38,064 bases of DNA from a virus (lineage: Duplodnaviria; Heunggongvirae; Uroviricota; Caudoviricetes): IMG/VR virus record IMGVR_UViG_2526164598_000023; one strand, written 5' to 3'. Position numbers and translations under genes: made by a program. The first letter of the stretch is position 1; every line of letters begins with the position of its first letter. Below the pieces are notes generated by a model that was given only the letters and a program-made list of their open reading frames with translations, ran no database searches and was not told the DNA's origin. Positions 34,411-38,064 of this stretch are shown here, in pieces.

Positions 34411-34716
34411 ATGACACGGTACACCATACTCACCCGCACCGCCCTCTACCGTCTGGCCCTGCAGCGTTTCGGGCCGGACGCACAGGCCCTGAAACTGACA
34501 GAAGAGGCCGCTGAACTGGCAGCCTGTGCTGCCCGCAACCTGAACGGACAGGGCAGTGAAAGTGACCTCGCGGCAGAGCTGGCAGACGTGGAAATCATGA
34601 CAGAGCAGTTGCGCCTTCAGGGGATGGACCGGCTGATTGACTTCCACAAACAGAAAAAACTGGAACGCCTTGCCGCACGGCTGGGCGTCATGTACACCGG
34701 AGATACTGAACAATGA
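34411..34716 (+). CDS. MazG-like nucleotide pyrophosphohydrolase domain protein, 101 aa
   Basis: EEAAELAACAAR...ELADVEIMTEQL resembles the EExxE...E..D metal-binding helices of small MazG-like proteins. Confidence 0.5.
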   Translation: MTRYTILTRTALYRLALQRFGPDAQALKLTEEAAELAACAARNLNGQGSESDLAAELADVEIMTEQLRLQGMDRLIDFHKQKKLERLAARLGVMYTGDTEQ

Positions 34717-35396
34717 CAGACTTGGATAAACACATTGAAAAACTGAAAAAGTTGCTGGCGCTGGCAGCATCCGGCAACCCGTATGAGGCTGCTCTGGCAC
34801 TGCGCCGCGCCCGTAAACTGATGGATGTTCACGGCATCACACATTCCGACATTGCCATGAGTGATATTGATGAAACCATCAGTCATTACTGGCCGACAGG
34901 CAGTCTCCGTCCACCGCGCTACATGCTGGGCCTGATGAACATCATCCGCGAGGCATTTGGTGTTAACTCCATAATTCACCCCGGCACATATCCGGGTGTG
35001 GGGTTCTACGGCAACCGGGAACGGGCCGCACTGGCTGCGTACACCTGGGAAGTGCTGGCCCGCCAGCTGAAAAAGGCGCGTCAGCAGTATATCAGCGCAC
35101 AGAACAAAAGAATAAAAACTGCCACCCGTACCAGCCGTGGTGACCAGTTTGCTGAAGGCTGGGTGCTGGCCGTTATCAGTGAAATACAGTCCTTCGCCCT
35201 GACCGATGACGAACGTGAACTGATGCAGCAGTGGCTGGAACATAAATACCCGCAGACGCAAACCACCAGGGCGCGTAAACCGGGAAGAAGCCGCAATGGC
35301 GACGCCTCGCGCTATGCGGGGTTTCGTGAAGGGCAGAACGTCAGACTGCACCGCCCGGTCAGTGGGCAGGAACAACAGAAACTGGAGGCCAGATGA
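34713..35396 (+). CDS. Conserved phage early protein (DUF2786-like N-terminus), 227 aa
   Basis: N-terminus IEKLKKLLALAASGNPYEAALALRRARKLM. Confidence 0.5.
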   Translation: MTDLDKHIEKLKKLLALAASGNPYEAALALRRARKLMDVHGITHSDIAMSDIDETISHYWPTGSLRPPRYMLGLMNIIREAFGVNSIIHPGTYPGVGFYGNRERAALAAYTWEVLARQLKKARQQYISAQNKRIKTATRTSRGDQFAEGWVLAVISEIQSFALTDDERELMQQWLEHKYPQTQTTRARKPGRSRNGDASRYAGFREGQNVRLHRPVSGQEQQKLEAR

Positions 35397-35623
35397 TTAC
35401 GCTATCAGGTAACAGCCGGAAATTAAAAGCCTGCCGAATATCTGCCAGATACCTTTTTGCCCGCGCCTTTTTTAAGAACGTAAGGCCGGGGATCACAATT
35501 GGTGTTATTGCCGGACGCGAACAGGTTGAAAAATACATGTCAGGTGCATGGTGGAATAACGACCCTGTCATTGCTGCCCGTAATATTCATATCAGTTGGG
35601 GGGATATTCAGAATGACGGCTGA
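35393..35623 (+). CDS. Hypothetical protein, 76 aa
   Basis: ORF overlapping the start of the next gene. Confidence 0.4.
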   Translation: MITLSGNSRKLKACRISARYLFARAFFKNVRPGITIGVIAGREQVEKYMSGAWWNNDPVIAARNIHISWGDIQNDG

Positions 35624-35828
35624 ATCTGTTGTATGTGCCCTGTTCTGGTATTGTTTTGTCGGTTGGTGTACTGCTGAACTGCACCGCCGTTCAGGGTTTT
35701 ATTCACGTTACAGTGGTGCCGGCTACTGGATTAGCTGGTCGGTGATGTTCCTGTGCTGGCCTGTGGCGCTTCCTTTATATGTCGATTATATCGGTGGCGC
35801 AGGTAAAAGGAGCAACGATGATGACTAA
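35613..35828 (+). CDS. Small membrane protein, 71 aa
   Basis: ATG 35613; two hydrophobic helices (VCALFWYCFVGWCTA and WISWSVMFLCWPVALPLYV). Confidence 0.45.
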   Translation: MTAESVVCALFWYCFVGWCTAELHRRSGFYSRYSGAGYWISWSVMFLCWPVALPLYVDYIGGAGKRSNDDD

Positions 35829-36270
35829 ACAACGTCTTATCCAGCTCATTCATATTGCCCGTAATGAACTGGGTATGGATGAAGACACCTACCGCCAGAT
35901 GTTACAGGGGCTGACCGGTAAAGCCTCAACCAAAGGAATGGATACCACACAACTAAACTGCGTGCTGGAATCCATGAAAAGGAAAGGCTTTCGCGTTAAG
36001 CCTGCCAGAAAAGCCAGCTCCGGTTTACCGCTGGATAACCATCCGCAGTCCAGGAAAATCCGTGCGCTATGGCTTGAAATGGCTGCTGCCGGCATTGTTC
36101 GTGACCGTTCAGAAAATGCATTAGCGCGGTGGATCAAGCGGGAAACGGGCATCAGCGCCCTGCGCTGGCTCAATACTGAACAGGCAAGCAGTGTTATTGA
36201 GAAACTGAAGAAGTGGCAGCACAGAGCTGCGGGAGTAAAACATGAGCGACCTGAATCAGTTTCGAAGTAA
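35818..36270 (+). CDS. gemA: GemA-like regulatory protein, 150 aa
   Basis: MMTKQRLIQLIHIARNELGMDEDTYRQMLQGLTGKAST resembles Mu GemA; GGAG RBS. Confidence 0.65.
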   Translation: MMTKQRLIQLIHIARNELGMDEDTYRQMLQGLTGKASTKGMDTTQLNCVLESMKRKGFRVKPARKASSGLPLDNHPQSRKIRALWLEMAAAGIVRDRSENALARWIKRETGISALRWLNTEQASSVIEKLKKWQHRAAGVKHERPESVSK

Positions 36271-36631
36271 AGGGCCGGAACTCCTGGTGGAACTGGCACA
36301 GCATACCTCTGAGACCGTTCGCGAGATTATTGATATTGAGCCCGCAATTGCCGACCAGATTGGTCAGGCCGTCGCGAACCGCATGATGCAGGTCTGGGGC
36401 GGGCAAAACGTTTATTTCCCGATGGGCATGGTATGGAAGGTCAGTCAGCGCGACCGGGAAATCTTCAGGGAGTTTAACGGACGTAACCACCATGAACTGG
36501 CCCGCAAATTTGGTGTTTCGCTTCAGTGGGTCTACAGCGTGGTTAAGCGGGTAAGAAAAGAAGAACTGGATCGGATGCAGGGCAAGCTATTTGCTGATGA
36601 ACCCGATGTAGATACGGAGAAAAAAGAGTAA
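36242..36631 (+). CDS. mor: Mor/C-family transcription activator, 129 aa
   Basis: Same length as Mu Mor; C-terminal HTH ELARKFGVSLQWVYSVVKR; GGGAG RBS. Confidence 0.8.
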   Translation: MSDLNQFRSKGPELLVELAQHTSETVREIIDIEPAIADQIGQAVANRMMQVWGGQNVYFPMGMVWKVSQRDREIFREFNGRNHHELARKFGVSLQWVYSVVKRVRKEELDRMQGKLFADEPDVDTEKKE

Positions 36632-36659
36632 TATCTGCAATCAGGCTGGAGCGAGTTCT

Positions 36660-36792
<133 letters not shown>

Positions 36793-36819
36793 CAGAAATG
36801 TCGGATAAGGCACCGCTGA

Positions 36820-38064
36820 TTACTGATACACCGGCAGTAAATTAAAGCTCGATAAAATATGGACCAGTGCGTTGCCAACGCCAAACACCAGAATCAGCGT
36901 AATCATCGGCTTGCCGCCCCAGACGCGGAATTTCGGGCTGCCAAAGCGTTTACGCGATGCGCGGGCTAACAGCGCCGGAACAATTGCCGCCCAGATGGTA
37001 GCTGCTAAACCAGCATAACCAATGGCGTACAGGAATCCGTTCGGGAACAGTAGACCACCCACAACAGGCGGGGCAAAGGTCAGCAATGCCGTTTTCAAGC
37101 GCCCCAGGGCTGAGTCATCGAAACCAAACAGATCTGCCAGATAGTCAAACAAACCCAGCGTTACGCCAAGGAACGAACTCGCTACCGCAAAGTTTGAGAA
37201 CACGACCAGCAGAAGGTCCAGGCTACGGCTGTTCAGCACGCCGCTTAATGCCTGTACCAGCACATCAATATTACCGCCCTTCTCTGCAATACCGATAAAC
37301 TCCGGACGCGGGATGTTACCCATCGTCGCCAGCAACCAGATGGTATACAGCGCCAGTGCCATCAGCGTACCGTACACCAGGCATTTCACGATGGTTTTCG
37401 GATCTTTGCCGTAATACTTCATCAGGCTTGGCACGTTACCGTGATAACCAAACGACGCCAGGCAGAACGGCAATGTCATCAGCAGATACGGCGCATAAGA
37501 TGCATTGCTTTCTGCAACGTTGAACAATGTCGCAGGCTGCACATGCCCCAACAGGCTGCCAAAGGTGAGGAAGAAGGTAATGACTTTCGCCCCCAGCACA
37601 ATCGCCGTCATGCGGCTGACGGCCTTAGTACTCAACCACACCACAAACGCTACCAGCAGTGCAAAACCAAAACCCGCCGCCCGTGCCGGGACGTTTAGCG
37701 ACATCTCTGCGAAGGTGTGATGCAGAATTGAACCACTGGCAGAAATATAGGCATAGGTCAGGATATAGAGCACAAAGGCAATGGAAATACCGTTGACCAC
37801 GTTCCAGCCTTTGCCCAGCAAATCTTTGGTGATGGTGTCAAAACTCGAACCGATTCGGTAATTCAGGTTAGCTTCCAGAATCATCAAGCCGGAATGCAGC
37901 ATACAGAACCAGGTAAAGATCAGCGCCGCCATTGACCAGAAAAACCACGCCCCGGACATGACCACTGGCAGAGAAAACATCCCTGCGCCAATAATGGTGC
38001 CGCCGATAATCACCACGCCGCCAAGCAGCGACGGTGACGTTTGGGTGGTGGTTAGTGTTGCCAT
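36820..38064 (-). CDS. mtr: Tryptophan-specific transport protein Mtr (host gene, complete, 414 aa)
   Basis: Translation [43 protein letters not shown]... matches E. coli Mtr; ATG is the last three bases of the window. Confidence 0.95.
   Translation of the reverse strand: MATLTTTQTSPSLLGGVVIIGGTIIGAGMFSLPVVMSGAWFFWSMAALIFTWFCMLHSGLMILEANLNYRIGSSFDTITKDLLGKGWNVVNGISIAFVLYILTYAYISASGSILHHTFAEMSLNVPARAAGFGFALLVAFVVWLSTKAVSRMTAIVLGAKVITFFLTFGSLLGHVQPATLFNVAESNASYAPYLLMTLPFCLASFGYHGNVPSLMKYYGKDPKTIVKCLVYGTLMALALYTIWLLATMGNIPRPEFIGIAEKGGNIDVLVQALSGVLNSRSLDLLLVVFSNFAVASSFLGVTLGLFDYLADLFGFDDSALGRLKTALLTFAPPVVGGLLFPNGFLYAIGYAGLAATIWAAIVPALLARASRKRFGSPKFRVWGGKPMITLILVFGVGNALVHILSSFNLLPVYQ

Overview
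This window is almost entirely a Mu-like transposable prophage (about 36.7 kb visible), with the E. coli tryptophan permease gene mtr at the right edge (36820..38064, minus strand). All family assignments below come from reading the supplied translations against remembered protein families; no database search was run. Late genes run on the minus strand from about 24819 down to 2207: holin-like protein, membrane-anchored lytic transglycosylase, nested spanins, terminase, portal, Mu F/G/I/T-like head genes, sheath, tube, frameshifted tail chaperone, tape measure, baseplate and tail fibre. At the left edge a Gin/Pin/Hin-family invertase (1..573) sits beside a tail-fibre region holding three alternative C-terminal cassettes, one tail-fibre assembly gene and three hix/gix-like 26-bp sites, which looks like a multi-site shufflon rather than a simple Mu G segment. 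Early genes run on the plus strand from 28609 to 36631: Ner, a DDE transposase, a MuB-like ATPase, Gam, GemA and Mor. Between the two arms (24850..28600) is an accessory island with a Dam-type adenine methyltransferase and an AT-rich two-gene module immediately downstream of the repressor. That module, an NdpA/YejK-like nucleoid-associated protein paired with a 401-aa protein carrying two C-terminal transmembrane helices, is in the position of lambda cI-rexAB and is my best candidate for an undescribed defence or exclusion system. A putative prophage end (terminal CA at 36687..36688) lies about 130 bp from the mtr stop codon. No rRNA, tRNA or CRISPR array was seen.
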